Assembly (NCBI GenBank): GCA_028534125.1
Contig: CM052816.1
Location: forward strand, 89,778,001 to 89,842,000
Direction: 5' to 3'
Length of the DNA stretch: 64,000 nt
DNA from: Lama glama
Lineage: Eukaryota
Shown: piece after piece, positions 26,345 through 38,800 of the stretch
How positions within the stretch are numbered: position 1 is the first letter of the stretch
How the letters are laid out: every line of letters starts with the position of its first letter
Notes under the pieces: generated by a model
What the model saw: only the letters and a program-made list of their open reading frames with translations
Told to the model about the DNA's origin: nothing
Database searches by the model: none
Program-made: the position numbers and the translations under genes

Positions 26345-26974
26345 TGATGCAGGAAAATAGACGTGGGGCTTGAGGAGGGCCGAGTCCCCAGTCTCAGTTG
26401 AGCCCCTGGGACGTGCCCCGCCAAGTGTGAGTCCTTGGCTTCATGCAGGAAAGAATTCAAGTGCGAGCCACCGTTGAGTACAGGTAGATTTATTTAGAGA
26501 GATACATACTGCATAGAGTGTAAGTAAGAGAAAGGCAAGGAAACAGGTGTGGGAATTGGATGCTCAGGTTAAAGTAAAAGTAGGTACACACTCCATAGAC
26601 AGAATGCAGGTCGTCTCCAAAGGGGAGAGAGAGCACAAAGGGCCACTAGGCATGGTGTTGTCACTTTTTATGGTCTCAGTAGCTTCACACACCTACAGGT
26701 GGGGTCAATCCAACTGCCCTGGGGAAGGGGCTGGGATTCCCAGGAACTGTGCCGCTGCCCATTCTTTGGCCTTTTGCGGTTAACCTTGGGGCTGTCATGG
26801 CACCTGCGGGCGTGTTATTCATCATGCTGTTACAATGAGCAGATAATGAAGCTCAAGGTCTATTAGAAGTCAAATCTTTTAATCCTCAAGACCAACAAGG
26901 AAGTGAATCTTCCACCATTTTGGTTGCTGTCATTCCTGGAGTGGCTGTGCCCTGCCCTCTTCCCTCCCGTCTCA
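26345..26974 (-). mobile_element. Solo MER41-like ERV1 LTR, 630 bp
   Basis: TGA...TCA termini, perfect TSD gtta; homologous in reverse to 59692-60345; MER41-type motifs (ctgtctatggagt; ttgaattctttcctgc). Confidence 0.85.
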
Positions 26975-27069
26975 GTTAGCTATCAGAAGATATGCAATAT
27001 TTTAAGAATACAAACTAATATTTTTATAATACCTGTTACTGAGTTACAAAAAAATAAATGATTAAGTAA

Positions 27070-27300
27070 TAGATAACATTTATAGTGTGCCTACTATTTG
27101 CTAGAAATTATTTTAAGGGCTTTACATACATAAATTTACTAAATTATAACAGGAAACATTAACTCCATTTTATTTACAGGAAACTTAGTAAAGGAGAGGT
27201 TAAATAATTTGCCCTTCACCCAGGATCTTGCAACTAGGAAATTACTGATGAAGAAGCTGAGTAGAGGCATTCCTACATAAGAGTCTGAGCTTTTTAAACG
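27070..27300 (-). mobile_element. MIR SINE (degenerate)
   Basis: aacatttatagtgtgcctactatttgctag...ggagaggttaaataatttgccc. Confidence 0.6.
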
Positions 27301-27589
27301 TTTCCGACCCTGCTTTCCATCAACAGTAACTAATTTTTCCTGCTATAAACCTTAGTTAATTAAATAACATTTTTATAGGAAAACCTATGGATCCATTCTA
27401 ACATGCATTGCTTTTAATGATAAATCATTTTATTAAATACAGTTTTAAAGTATCTAATTACACAGTAAATATAATTCAGAATTAAAATTCCTTGAAATTA
27501 GACTAGTAAATAAAAAGTAATATTCTTTCATTAAAGCAGAGCCTTAATACGCCATTTCTTTATTTTCAAAGCTCATCCCTAGACTCCCA

Positions 27590-28800
27590 GTTATTAGCTC
27601 TGCAGGTAAGGGCTTTGGGAGTCACCACCTCGTCTTAACAAGTAAACATCTGAACCAACTGAAAAATTAACAACTCTTCTTGGGTCCATAAGAGAACGGA
27701 GGACACAGGGCAAACTGTCGCCGCCAGGACTGGAGGGACAGATGTCAATACAGGGAGACACAGCTTATCAGAGCAGAGAGCTGTTAGCAGAAACTGACTC
27801 TGGAGCCAGTGCGTGGGTAGGAGAACTTGACCTGTAACTGGTGAATCTCTAGAGGCCCAGTGTAGCCAAATTTGAGGGATAAAAACTTCAGGGGGCTCCA
27901 GTGAGAGCAAAGGCCCCCACAGTATTGTGAGATGCACCTCTAAGGGTTCCATCATAATAAAGTCAAAGAAAAATCCCCTTGGGCTTCCTGAAGGGAAAGG
28001 GGAAAAGAAATCACGCTGAAAACACACAAGAACACTGCTCTTCCTATTAGGCCTGCCCTCAGGGGTAACCAGTTCATCAGAGATAATCCTGCAAGGGTAT
28101 TATCAGAGCCTAACTAACCAGGGGAAGGGAAATATCCAGCCTCAGTCCCTGCTAGCCTTTGTCTACCACCTGCGAGGAGGGGTGGAGTAGATGTGGAAAA
28201 AACTAAACGAAACAAAGCAAGAAACAGGTGAAGTTCACAATCCAGGGCACAGTTTCACTGAAGACTCAGATGTCACCACAGGGTGTAGATCACTTCCCCG
28301 TCACCCCGCACCTCACCACCATATGACTAAGGTCCTACTTACAGGAATTTATTTTACCTAGTACATCACATCTGGCTATTAAGAAAAAAAATGTACAAGG
28401 CATGGCAAAAGAGAAAAAAAAAACATAATTTGAAGAGACAGCAAGCATCAGAACCAGGTATGGCAGGGATGTTGGGTAAAGTAGACAAAAACAGATGAAC
28501 AATGTCAGCAGAGATCTGGAAAATCAAAGAAAGAAACAAAAAGAAATACTAGAAATTAAAAACACTAAAGAAATGAAGAATGACTTCGAAGAGTTTATTA
28601 GTAAATAGGACAAAGTTGAAAACAAATTCTGAGCTGGAGTACATACCTGTAGAGTCCACAGAACCCCAAAATTAAAGAGAATGGACTGAGAAAAACAGAA
28701 CATAATATTCCAAGGCTCTGAGACAACTACAAAAGGTGTTAACACATTCAGAATTAGGAACACTTGAAGAAGACGGAAAAGAGAAAGGCACAGAAATAAA
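27590..28800 (+). mobile_element. Old L1 5' UTR and ORF1 start
   Basis: A-rich ORF1-like tract (aaagaaatactagaaattaaaaacact...gaaatgaagaatg). Colinear similarity with 36961-37610. Confidence 0.75.
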
Positions 28801-28819
28801 GATGCTCTGAGACCAATTT

Positions 28820-29142
28820 CTGATGTGGGGCTGGGTTTTCTGCAGTAACAAGCAATTCTCAGGAACCAGCTCAGTCTGACCATTTAACTAAATTTTGACA
28901 CTATCTACCCAGAGATAGTATGTCCCACATATTAAGGAGTGCCTTCCACTTTAGAATCCAGGTGCAAGTCCAGGTTGTCACCTGTGCTTCTGACCAACTG
29001 GCTATAAATCTGAGGTTTCCTTGGGTTTGATTAATTTGCTAGAACAACTCACAGAGCTCAGAGAAACATTTCACTTACTAGATTCTCAGTTTGTTACAGA
29101 AAAGTTTAACTCAAGAATAGCCAGATGGAAGAGATGCACAGA
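28820..29142. mobile_element. MER21-like LTR fragment
   Basis: gacactatctacccagagatag...caagtccaggttgtcacctgtgcttctgaccaactggctataaatc...ttgattaatttgctaga. Confidence 0.7.
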
Positions 29143-29144
29143 TG

Positions 29145-30672
29145 TCTGCCCATTATAGCATCAACTCTAAGTCTCAAAATTCATCTAAGTATCATCAGTT
29201 TAGTGTTACAAATTCCAGGAAATCTCACCTATTTACAACAGGTATGGATGACACTTAGGGTGTGAAACACTGTGAGGCAAATTATCCCTCCTCTTGTGGA
29301 TCTAAGAAACTAGGAAACAGTTATCATTCCCTGAAATGCAGTGATGGTTCTTCTACTTGAAGGGCAGTACATGTTTGCAGGCTAGTAGCTCTGTCAGCCC
29401 ATTTCCTGCCCATGGAATTTTGAAAGTCTGGCATCTTTCTCCCTCTCTTTCTCTCTTTTTCCCTACATTTGCCCTTTTCAGTCTAAGCTGGCAATGTTTC
29501 TGCTAGTATCACATTGAACAATTCCGTGTGGGGTCTCCGTATCTGTCACAGGATTCGGGTCATTAGGCAAGAGAGTCATCAACAGATACATCCTGTATAA
29601 TCTCGTGTCTATTCCTGGCTTCCGCTGAGAACGTTGAAAGGATTGAAGAGTCATTTATTTAGTCTCTTCAGCTCCAGCCAAGGTTTGCTAACAATTAATA
29701 TCCTAATTTTAGTGCCTTTTGCAATCTGAATAGGCTGAAATTCGACAATATTGTCAAATCCTTATTGTTTTTTCCTGAACAGTGTTTTATCTGTTTTCTC
29801 TCTTTTTTTTTTCTTTTTTTCTTTTTTGGTAGGGGGAGATAATTAGATTTGTTTGTTTGTTTGTTTTTTGTTTCTTTGTTTATTTATTTAATGGGAGTGC
29901 TGGGGATTGAAGCCAGGACCTCATGCATGCTAAGCATGTGCTCTACCATGTGAGCTATACCCTCTCCTCTTACATTTTAATATAACCAATAAGAGAAAAC
30001 TAGACCACAGTTTCAACATTTTGCTTAGAAATCTCCTCATTGAAAAGCCAAGTTCATCAGTTACAAGTGCTGCTGTTCACACTGATGCAGAACACAGTTT
30101 AGCTAAATTTCCTGCCATTTTATATCAAAGGATGCCTTTTCTCTGGTTTCGATAAATACGGTCTTCATTTCCTTCTGAACTCTCACAGTCAGTGCCTGTA
30201 ACTTTCATCTTTCTGCCAACATGTTGTTTGTAATGATATATGTCTTCACTAAGATAATGTAGGTTTTCTATACTGTAATTCTCATTTCCTTGTGAGTTCT
30301 CAATAGCATTGCCTTTAAATACCACATTTTTAATAGTCTGTATAAAACAATTTAGGTGTTTCTACATATGTCTCAAAATCCTTTCAGCTTCTATGTATTA
30401 TCTAATCCCAAAGCCACTTGCACAATTTTAGGTATTTTTTTAGAAGCACCCCAGCTCCTGGTACCAAAATCTATATTACCTTTAAATGTGCTGCCACAGT
30501 TCACCACAAACGTGGTAGCTTGAAACAATGGAAATGTTTTAGCTCATAGTTCTAGATGTCACTAGGGCCATGCTCCCTCTGGGAACTGTAGAGGAGGATC
30601 TGTCTCTTACTTCTTCCAGCTTTCAGTGGCTGTTGACACTAAGTGCCTTGTGGTCACATCACTACAAGAGGC
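29145..30672 (-). mobile_element. MaLR (MLT1) internal region with attached LTR
   Basis: Internal/LTR junction gcaccccagctcctggtaccaaaatctatattac at ~30446-30479, then MLT1 LTR sequence (caccacaaacgtggtagcttgaaacaa...ggccatgctccctctg). Interrupted by a SINE. Confidence 0.75.
29803..29967 (-). mobile_element. tRNA-derived SINE, camelid Vic-1-like
   Basis: Reverse strand reads ggagagggtatagctcacatggtagagcacatgcttagcatgcatgaggtcctggcttcaatccccagc: A and B boxes, then an (AAAC/AAAT)n spacer, ctaattatctccccc and an A tail. Confidence 0.85.
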
Positions 30673-30739
30673 CAACCTGTAGAATTATCAGCTTAATAAA
30701 ATAGTTGTTGCTTTAATTGAAAAAACTTCTGTTGTGTCG

Positions 30740-31074
30740 TTGTTAGAGAAATTAACCCATTTACTCCATGTTAGGAATTCTTCAAGTAGTGGAACGTCTT
30801 TTGATTTGTTTTGTTTTATTTTAATTTCCTTAAGACTTCTGATGGCAGACTTCACTCTTGTTGTGGAAATGTCAGTGCAGCCCCAGGTACCACTGAGGAC
30901 TCATTTTCTTTTGGCCACAGAAAGACCGAGTGTACGTGGTATCCTGGCTGATTTTAATTTTCTACACCACTTCCCTGAAGGAGGAGCTAAATCAGGTCCC
31001 ACATTGGCTAATGATTTCAAACTTCTTGATGTGTTAACCATGCCACAAAATAACTCTAAGCTCAGAGAAAAGAG
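30740..31074 (-). pseudogene. RPL37A: Processed pseudogene of 60S ribosomal protein L37a (eL43)
   Basis: Intronless. Pyrimidine 5' tract ctcttttctctg, ATG at 31041, then after a frameshift IKKFEIISQCGT*FSSSFREVV*KIKISQDTTYTRSFCGQKKM...VKSAIRSLKE (RPL37A: [43 protein letters not shown]...VKSAIRRLKE). 3' UTR aaatgggttaattt. Confidence 0.9.
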
Positions 31075-32529
31075 CTAATTTGCTAAGTTTGGGTGGTTTG
31101 CTATATATTAAAAAAAAAAATCAGACATACATTTAACGTGGTGTAAATGAATTTGAAATAAGCTAATCTAGCCTCAGCAGTCATCTAGTTGCAAAAGGAC
31201 CTCAACATCATCCTCCAGGGGTGAAAAATCAACATCAGAAAATACAGGGAATATCTTTTAAAGCACCTGCATTTCTTCCCAGTGGGTATAAGGTATCAAT
31301 TTTTCTAATCTTTCATAAATAAATATTTAGTTTTCAACTCAATTTACTCCTCTGGAAATAAGAGGGTTTAATTACTACCAAGATCCTGTTATTTACATGT
31401 AAATTTAAGAAATATACATATTGACCATTTTACTTTAATTCTATGTCTTTTTAAATTCCCTGGAGTCTGGTGGTAAAATCTAATCTTGTGTTACAATCCT
31501 AAACTTCCAGTATGCTATTGCATCCTCTATACCTAGGATTTTACCGTTCACAATAAGAACATTGAACACATGTTCAATTCTGTCTCTATTTTTCATATGA
31601 ACTTGTCCTAAAAAAGATTTAAGGTACAGTTTCCATTGTGAATGTCCACTGAATTGTCAAAGATGACTTAAGGATTAGCCGTTTATTCAATCTGTAGAAT
31701 AGCCTCTCATTTTTATGCCTCGATGCTACTAGAATGTAGTTGTAAAAGGAAACTTTCTCAGACTAAATGTGAGAACTTCTAATGAAGAATGTTTTTAAAA
31801 GATAGATGTATTTTGGTTTCATTTTGAGGAAAGCAACTATTTTCCAAATATTATGTTTAGACTCCATTTCCATGGTGAAAAGCTTCCAGGTGCTTTTGAA
31901 AGAGAGTTTCTTGCTGCCTATGATATTATAGCCTAATTCAAAACCTTTTACCATGAAAAATAGCATACTGTAAGGTAATAGAAAAAAATCCTTGAATCTC
32001 AATGCTTTATTCCATTTTCAGTCCAATAGAACACTTTTCTAAAAGAAGTACATTTTCTTTCCATTTATTTCTAAACATGTTAGTTACTTGCTTTTCATTT
32101 ATTTTTTCTCTTTCTGAGCAGTCTTCAAACCGCTGAGGAAAGTACTTAATTAAATAGAATATCACTCAAGAGGAAATTAGTAAGTATTTCCATAAAGCCA
32201 GAGTAAACCAAGGTGAATTCAGAAATTATTGATTATAAGTTAAATTGATTAAGACTTCAGTCATTCTTTGATTGATTTATCCACTGAAAATAACACTCTG
32301 AACTACAAAAAATGTCACAAATGTTTGTAGATCTTACCAGTAGTGTTCTTTTTATTTTTCAGTATTTTCTATTTTTATGCTTTCTTGTACACATTCATTC
32401 TTGCTTTAATGACTTATTTATTGAGGAAAAAAATCCACATATCACAAAGTCATTATTCTCTTAATACTGTCAAGATATTTTATCTTTGAGTTTTGACAGT
32501 TTGTCTATGATGTGTTTTAAGTTTGTACC

Positions 32530-32812
32530 TCCTTTTTAAACAAATTCATTGCAATATGATTGACATACAAAAAGCTGTATATACTTAAGGTTTACAATTT
32601 GATGAGTTCGTAGATAAGTATACATTTATGAAACCATCACATCTATACCATAAACGTACCCACCGTTTCCAAAAGTTTCCTCTGGTCTTATTATTATTAT
32701 TATATACATTTTGTGATGAGAACGTTTAATATAAGATCTACCCTCTTAGAAAATTGTTTAAGAATGCAATGCAATATTTTTAACTGTAGATACTACATTG
32801 TACAGTAGATCT
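32530..32812 (-). mobile_element. L1 3' end (L1MA/L1MB-like)
   Basis: ttgacatacaaaaagctgtatatacttaaggtttacaatttgatgag...taagatctaccctcttag...ttgtacagtagatctc. Confidence 0.8.
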
Positions 32813-32859
32813 CAATGTCTATATCTCTTTGAATGTATCCTCTTTTCAGTTCAATAAGC

Positions 32860-34040
32860 TTTCTAGATATAGATGAAAACTCTTCATGAAAATTGAGAAA
32901 TTCCAGCTGTACTTTCTCGAATATTTTTTCTGTTCCTTTTTTCTCCTCTTCCTCTATAAATCTTATTTTACATGTGTTGATAAGCTTCATGATGTCCTAC
33001 AAGTCACTGAATGTTTCATCTTTTTTCCTTATTTTTATTTCTGTTTCTCTGACTAGATAATCTCAGTTGATCTATCTTCTTGTTTGAGGATTCCTCCTGC
33101 TGCTGGTTCAAAAATCTGCTATGGGGGCCCTTAGGAATTTTTAATTCCAATTATTTTAGTTTCAAATTCAGGATTTTTATTTAGCCATTTTAAAATAATT
33201 TACATCGCTATATTCATATTTTTTAATCTGGTGAAACAAAGTGCTTATACTTTTCTTTAGGTTTTTTAGATACGATTTCTTGTACTTTCTGAGCATATGT
33301 ATGGATAGTGATTTTAAAAGTCTTTGTCTCATAATTCCAACGTCAAGGTTTCCTCAAGGATAATTCTTCTTGACTGTTTATTCTTGTGTGTAAACCACAC
33401 TTAAAATACTTTGTGCGTCTTATAAATTTTTTGTTGAAAGCTAGGCATCTTAAATACTATAATACAGTAACTCTGGAATCAACCCATCCCCCAGGCTTTG
33501 TTGTTGCTGCAGTTTGCTATTGTTGTTTCTGGTTATTTGTTTAATGGTTTTCCTGGACTAATTCTATAAAAACCCATATTATTTATTGTATACAATTATT
33601 AAAGTCTTTGCTTGAGTTAGCTTAATAGAGAGCTAATGATTGGACGGGTTCTCTTCAACGTCAGTAACCAATAAATGCCTCAGACTTTGCTAAGGAACTG
33701 GGTGTGTATGCGCGCACGCGCGCGCGCGAATTGGGGCACACTTAACAACACTCCAGCAAGCATTTTACAACTTATCTATCCTTCACTTTCTTCTTGTACA
33801 GAGACCAAATTCAGCTAGAAATGAAATAATACGGTGTTTCTTGAGCATTTGCAAAGCAATGCAAATGTATATGAGTTTCTAGGACTATATTAGAGTTTTT
33901 TAAAGCCCTCTAGTTTGTTCTGATTCTTCAGTTTTGCCTTTTATATTTTCTTATCAGTATCTTACAGTTCCCTTCCTGTAATGCCACTATAGGCAGTTGC
34001 AGTGCTAGACAATCGTTACTTTTGTTTTTGTTTTGACAAA
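32860..34040 (-). mobile_element. Old L1 5'/ORF1 region, decayed
   Basis: T-rich antisense ORF1-like sequence (gactagataatctcagttgatctatcttc; tttttgttgaaagctaggcat). Confidence 0.6.
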
Positions 34041-35018
34041 TGCCCCGTGGATACAAGACTCATATAGATTTTTAGTGTACAACGTGATAAAGTAATATAC
34101 GTACATACTGTAAAATGATTACTACAGTCAAGTTAATTAACACATCTGTCGCCTCACATTATTTCCCATTTTTTACGTGTTGTGAGAACATTTAAGATAT
34201 ACTCTCCTAGCAAATTTCACATATACATTACAGTATTATTAACTATAATCCCAGTACTGTACACTAGATCCCCAGAACTTACTCATCTTATAACTGAAAT
34301 GTGTACCTTTTGACCAGCATATTCCCATTTCCCCTCAACACCAGCCGCTGGCAAACACCACTCAACTCTCTGCTTCTAGGAGTTCGTCTTTTAGAGATTT
34401 TACAAATAAGTGAAATCACAGTGTTCGTCTTTATCTGTATGGCTTATGTCACTCACCAAAATGTTTTCTAGGTTTATCCGTGTTGCAGCAAATGGCAGGA
34501 TTTTCTTCTTTGTCATGGCTGAATATTATATTGCATACATATACCATATTTTCTTTGTCCATTTATCTATCAATGGACACAGGTTATTTCCATATCTTGG
34601 TCATTGTGAATGATGCTGCAATAAACAAAGGAATGCAAGTATCTCTTTGAGATTCTGGTTTTTTTTTATACCCTGAATTGAGATTGCTGGATTATGTGAT
34701 AGTTCTATTTTTAATTTTAATTTTCTGAGAAAGCTTTATACTATTTTCAATAGTGACTGTACAATAGCTTTCTCAGCAAGAGTTCAAGTGTTCCCTTTTC
34801 TCTACAACAAAGCCCACTTTTTTTTATCTATTGTTTTTTGGATAGTAGCCATCCTAGCAGATGTAAGGTGATATCTCACTGTGGTTTTGATACACATTTT
34901 CCTTATGATTAATGATGTCGAGTGCCTTTTCATGTACCTGTTGGCTATTTTTATGTCTCCTTTGGAAAAAAAAAATGTCTGTTTGGATCATGTGCCCTTT
35001 TTTAAAATCAGGTAATTT

Positions 35019-35054
35019 AATCTATCAATCTATCAATCTATCGATCTATCTATC
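35019..35054. repeat. (TCTA/TCAA)n tetranucleotide microsatellite
   Basis: Seen directly, inside the L1. Confidence 0.85.
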
Positions 35055-35569
35055 GCTATTGAGTGGTATGAGTTCCTTTTATATTTTGATTATTAACTCT
35101 TTATCAGATAGATATGTACAAATCATTTCTCGCATTCTGCGAATTGCCTTTTCCCTCTGTTGTTTTCTTCGCTGTGCAGAAGTTTTCAGTTTGATGTAGC
35201 CCCAGTTGTCTTACTTTTTGTTGCCTCTGCTTTGGGAATCAATCCAAAAAAATCATTGCTAAGACCAATGTAAAGAATATTTTTCCCTGTGTTTTCTTCT
35301 CAGAGTTTTATGTTTTCAGGACTCACATTTTAGTATTTAATCTGTTTTTGATTTTTGTATATGGTATAAGGTATAAGGTAAGAGTCTAACTGAATTATTT
35401 CACGTGTGGAAAATCAGTTTTCCTAACGCCATTTATTAAGAAGGCTATCCTTTCCCCTCTGTGTATTCTTGAGGCTCTCATCAAAGATCAGGTGACCACA
35501 TACACATGGGTTTCTTTTTGGGCTCACTACGTTTCATTGGCCTATGTGCCTGTTTTCATGCCAGTACAG

Positions 35570-35813
35570 TTGCCTCTGTCTGTTTCGGCTGCTGTGACAA
35601 AACACCACCGACTGAGTGGCTTACAAAGAACAGAATTTTATTTTTCACACTTCTGGATGTCAGGATCACAGTGCCATCTTGGCTGGGTGAAGGCTCTTTT
35701 TCAGGTCACAGACTTCTCCTTATAACCTCATTGGAAGAAGGGAATAGAACATTAAGATTTCAACATATGTATTTTTGGGGCATGGGGGGGGACACAAATA
35801 TTCAGCATATAAC
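35570..35813 (-). mobile_element. Internally deleted MLT1A/B-like LTR inserted in L1
   Basis: tttcggctgctgtgacaaaacaccaccgactgagtggcttac...gggggacacaaatattcagcatataaca. L1 sequence resumes at accatac. Confidence 0.75.
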
Positions 35814-36460
35814 AACCATACTTTTTAAGCTATTATAGCTTTGTAATATACTTTGCAGTCAAGAAGCATGATATCTCCAGCTCTGTTCTTCTTTATCAAG
35901 ATGACTTTGACTACTTGAGGTCTTCTGCGATTCCATAAAAATGTTAAGATCCTTTTTTTCTATTTCTGTGAAGATTTCCATTAGAATTTTGATACAGACT
36001 GCATTGAATCTATAAACCATTTTGAATAGTATGACTATTTCAACAATTCTAATCCTTCCAACCCATGGGCATGAGATATCTTTCCATTTATTTTAATTTT
36101 CTTCAATTTTTTCCATCATTTTTTTAGTTTTCAACATACAGTTATTTGTTTTTTCCTGGAAAGTTTTTTGCTGATGTATAGAAACATGGCTGATTTTGTA
36201 TATTGGTTTTTTATCTCATAACTTCACTGAATTCATTGATCAGTTCTAACAATTTTTTGGTAGAGTCTTTAGAGTTTCCTACATACAATATTATGTCACC
36301 TGTAAGTAGAGATAATTATACTTCTTCCTCTCTAGTTTGGATGTTTTTTACTTCTTTTTCTTGCCTAACTGCACTAGCTAGGACTTTCAATGCTACATTA
36401 AATAGAAATGGCAAGAATGAACACCCTTGTCTAGTTCTGATATTAGAAGAAAAGCTTTCA

Positions 36461-36960
36461 NNNNNNNNNNNNNNNNNNNNNNNNNNNNNNNNNNNNNNNN
36501 NNNNNNNNNNNNNNNNNNNNNNNNNNNNNNNNNNNNNNNNNNNNNNNNNNNNNNNNNNNNNNNNNNNNNNNNNNNNNNNNNNNNNNNNNNNNNNNNNNNN
36601 NNNNNNNNNNNNNNNNNNNNNNNNNNNNNNNNNNNNNNNNNNNNNNNNNNNNNNNNNNNNNNNNNNNNNNNNNNNNNNNNNNNNNNNNNNNNNNNNNNNN
36701 NNNNNNNNNNNNNNNNNNNNNNNNNNNNNNNNNNNNNNNNNNNNNNNNNNNNNNNNNNNNNNNNNNNNNNNNNNNNNNNNNNNNNNNNNNNNNNNNNNNN
36801 NNNNNNNNNNNNNNNNNNNNNNNNNNNNNNNNNNNNNNNNNNNNNNNNNNNNNNNNNNNNNNNNNNNNNNNNNNNNNNNNNNNNNNNNNNNNNNNNNNNN
36901 NNNNNNNNNNNNNNNNNNNNNNNNNNNNNNNNNNNNNNNNNNNNNNNNNNNNNNNNNNNN
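36461..36960. other. Assembly gap (500 N)
   Basis: Run of N; the round length suggests a placeholder size. Confidence 1.
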
Positions 36961-38800
36961 CAGTGTACACAAATCTGAGTTCATCAGAATCTAACCTTTT
37001 GGGGTCTTCTCAGAGCTTAACTGTCCTAAAGAATGGAAATACCCAACCCCTGTCGTCTCTAGCCTTCCATGCGGGAGAATAGAAATAGCCAAGGCTAGCC
37101 CACTCTAGCCATCCTGCCCCAAATAAGCAGAGAAGAAAAAAACAAACAAGCAAACAAAATGAGAAACACTCGTGAAGTTCACAGTTCAGAGGTACAATTT
37201 CACTCAAGGTTAAGAACCTACCTTAGGACTATAGAACGCTTCCCCTCCACCCACACTTCAGCAGCACGTGACTAAGACCTATTTACAGCGAGCCTCTTTG
37301 CCCAATAAATCCTATGTGACTATCAAAAAAAAAAAAGAAATGACAGGGAGCCACAATTTGCAGAGACAGAGCAAACAAAGGACCAAATACAGCAGGGATA
37401 TTAGAATTATCAGATTAGAAATTTAGAAATTTAAGCAACTATAACAATATTTTAAGGGCTCTAATGAATAAAGTGGGCAGCATGCAAAACAGATGGACAG
37501 TGTCAGCAGAAACATGAGGATCCTAAGGAAGCATCAAAAGAAAATAGTGGAGATTAAAACCACTGTAATAGAAATGATGGGATTGCTTTGATGAGTTAAT
37601 TAATAGACTGGATGTAATAAACATTACACAAATATATGTTGTCTATAAGAAACCCACTTTAAATGTAAAAACACATACAGATTAAGAAAATGGAAAGAAA
37701 TATATCATACTAGCACTAACCAAAAGAAAACAGGAGTAGCTGTATTGATTCTATCCAGAGCAGATTTCAAAGTAAGAAAAGTTGTAAGGGACAAAGAGGC
37801 ACATCATAAATGATAATGGGGTCAATTATGCAAGGAGACATAGTAATTCTTAATGTGTATACACCTAAAATCGGACCATCTAAATATGTGAGGCAAAAGT
37901 TGATAGAGGTGCAAGGGGAAATAGATGAATTTATTATCAAGACTTGAGACTTCAACATCCCTCTCTTAGAAATGGAAATACCCAGCAGACAGAAAATCAG
38001 TAAGGATATAGTTGAACTCCACAACCCACTCATCAATTGGCTATAACTGACATCTATAGATCACCTCATACAACAACAGCAAGACACATACTCTTCTAAA
38101 ACTCACACGTAATATTCACCAAGATAGACTATATCCTGGCCATAAAATAAACCTTAACAAATTTAAAAGAATAGAAGTCATACAATATCTGCTGTCAGAC
38201 CACAGTGGAATAAATCTAGAAATTAATAACAAAGAGAAAGCTGGAAAACACCAAACTACAAGGGGAAAAGAAGCACACTTCTAAATACTCATGCTTCAAA
38301 GAAGAAATCTCAAGATAAGTTTTAAAATTTTTTCACTTAAAAGTAAAACCCAACTTATCAAAATTTGGGGATGCAATGAAATCAGTGCTCAGAGGAAAAT
38401 TTCCAGAATTGAATACATATATTAAAAAAGAAGAAAGATCTAAAATTGATAATCTAAGTTTTTACCTCAGGAAACTAGAAGAAGAAAAGCAAATAAAAAC
38501 CAAGCTAAACAGAAGAAAAGAAATAATAAGAATCAGAGCAGAAAGAATGAATCTGAAAACAGGAAATCAACAGAGAAAATCAACAAAATCAAAACCTGTT
38601 TTTCTGGAAAAAAAATCAGTAAAATTGATAGGACCCTAGCCAGGCTAATTAAGAAAAAGGAGAAAGGATACAAATTACTAATATCAGATATAAAAGAGAT
38701 GAAATCAGTACACATCCCATGGAAAGTAAAAGAAAAACAAAAGGATACTATTAAAGCTCTATGTCTGCGAATTTGATAACTTAGATAAAATGGACCAATA
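36961..38800 (+). mobile_element. Old L1: 5' UTR, ORF1 start joined to the ORF2 endonuclease region
   Basis: atatgttgtctataagaaacccac = ICCL*ETH, ctgtcagaccacagtgga = LSDHSG. ORF 38376-38639 KSVLRGKFPELNTYIKKEERSKIDNL resembles L1 ORF2. Confidence 0.9.

Larger units (their letters stand above)
34060..36460 (-). mobile_element. L1 (L1MA-like) 3' UTR and ORF2 3' half, running into the gap
   Basis: Continuous antisense L1. The minus-strand translation beside the gap, TRQGCSFLPFLFNVALKVLASAVRQEKEVKNIQ, matches the L1 RT motif [32 protein letters not shown]. Confidence 0.92.

Noticed and set aside
29895..29967. Possible tRNA gene
   Set aside because: It is the tRNA-derived head of a SINE, with a degenerate B box and a SINE body and tail attached.
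30734..31078. 114-aa plus-strand ORF
   Set aside because: Antisense frame of the RPL37A pseudogene.
36203..36994. The four longest ORFs (170-263 aa)
   Set aside because: They are open only because they run through 500 N; the flanking residues are L1 sequence.
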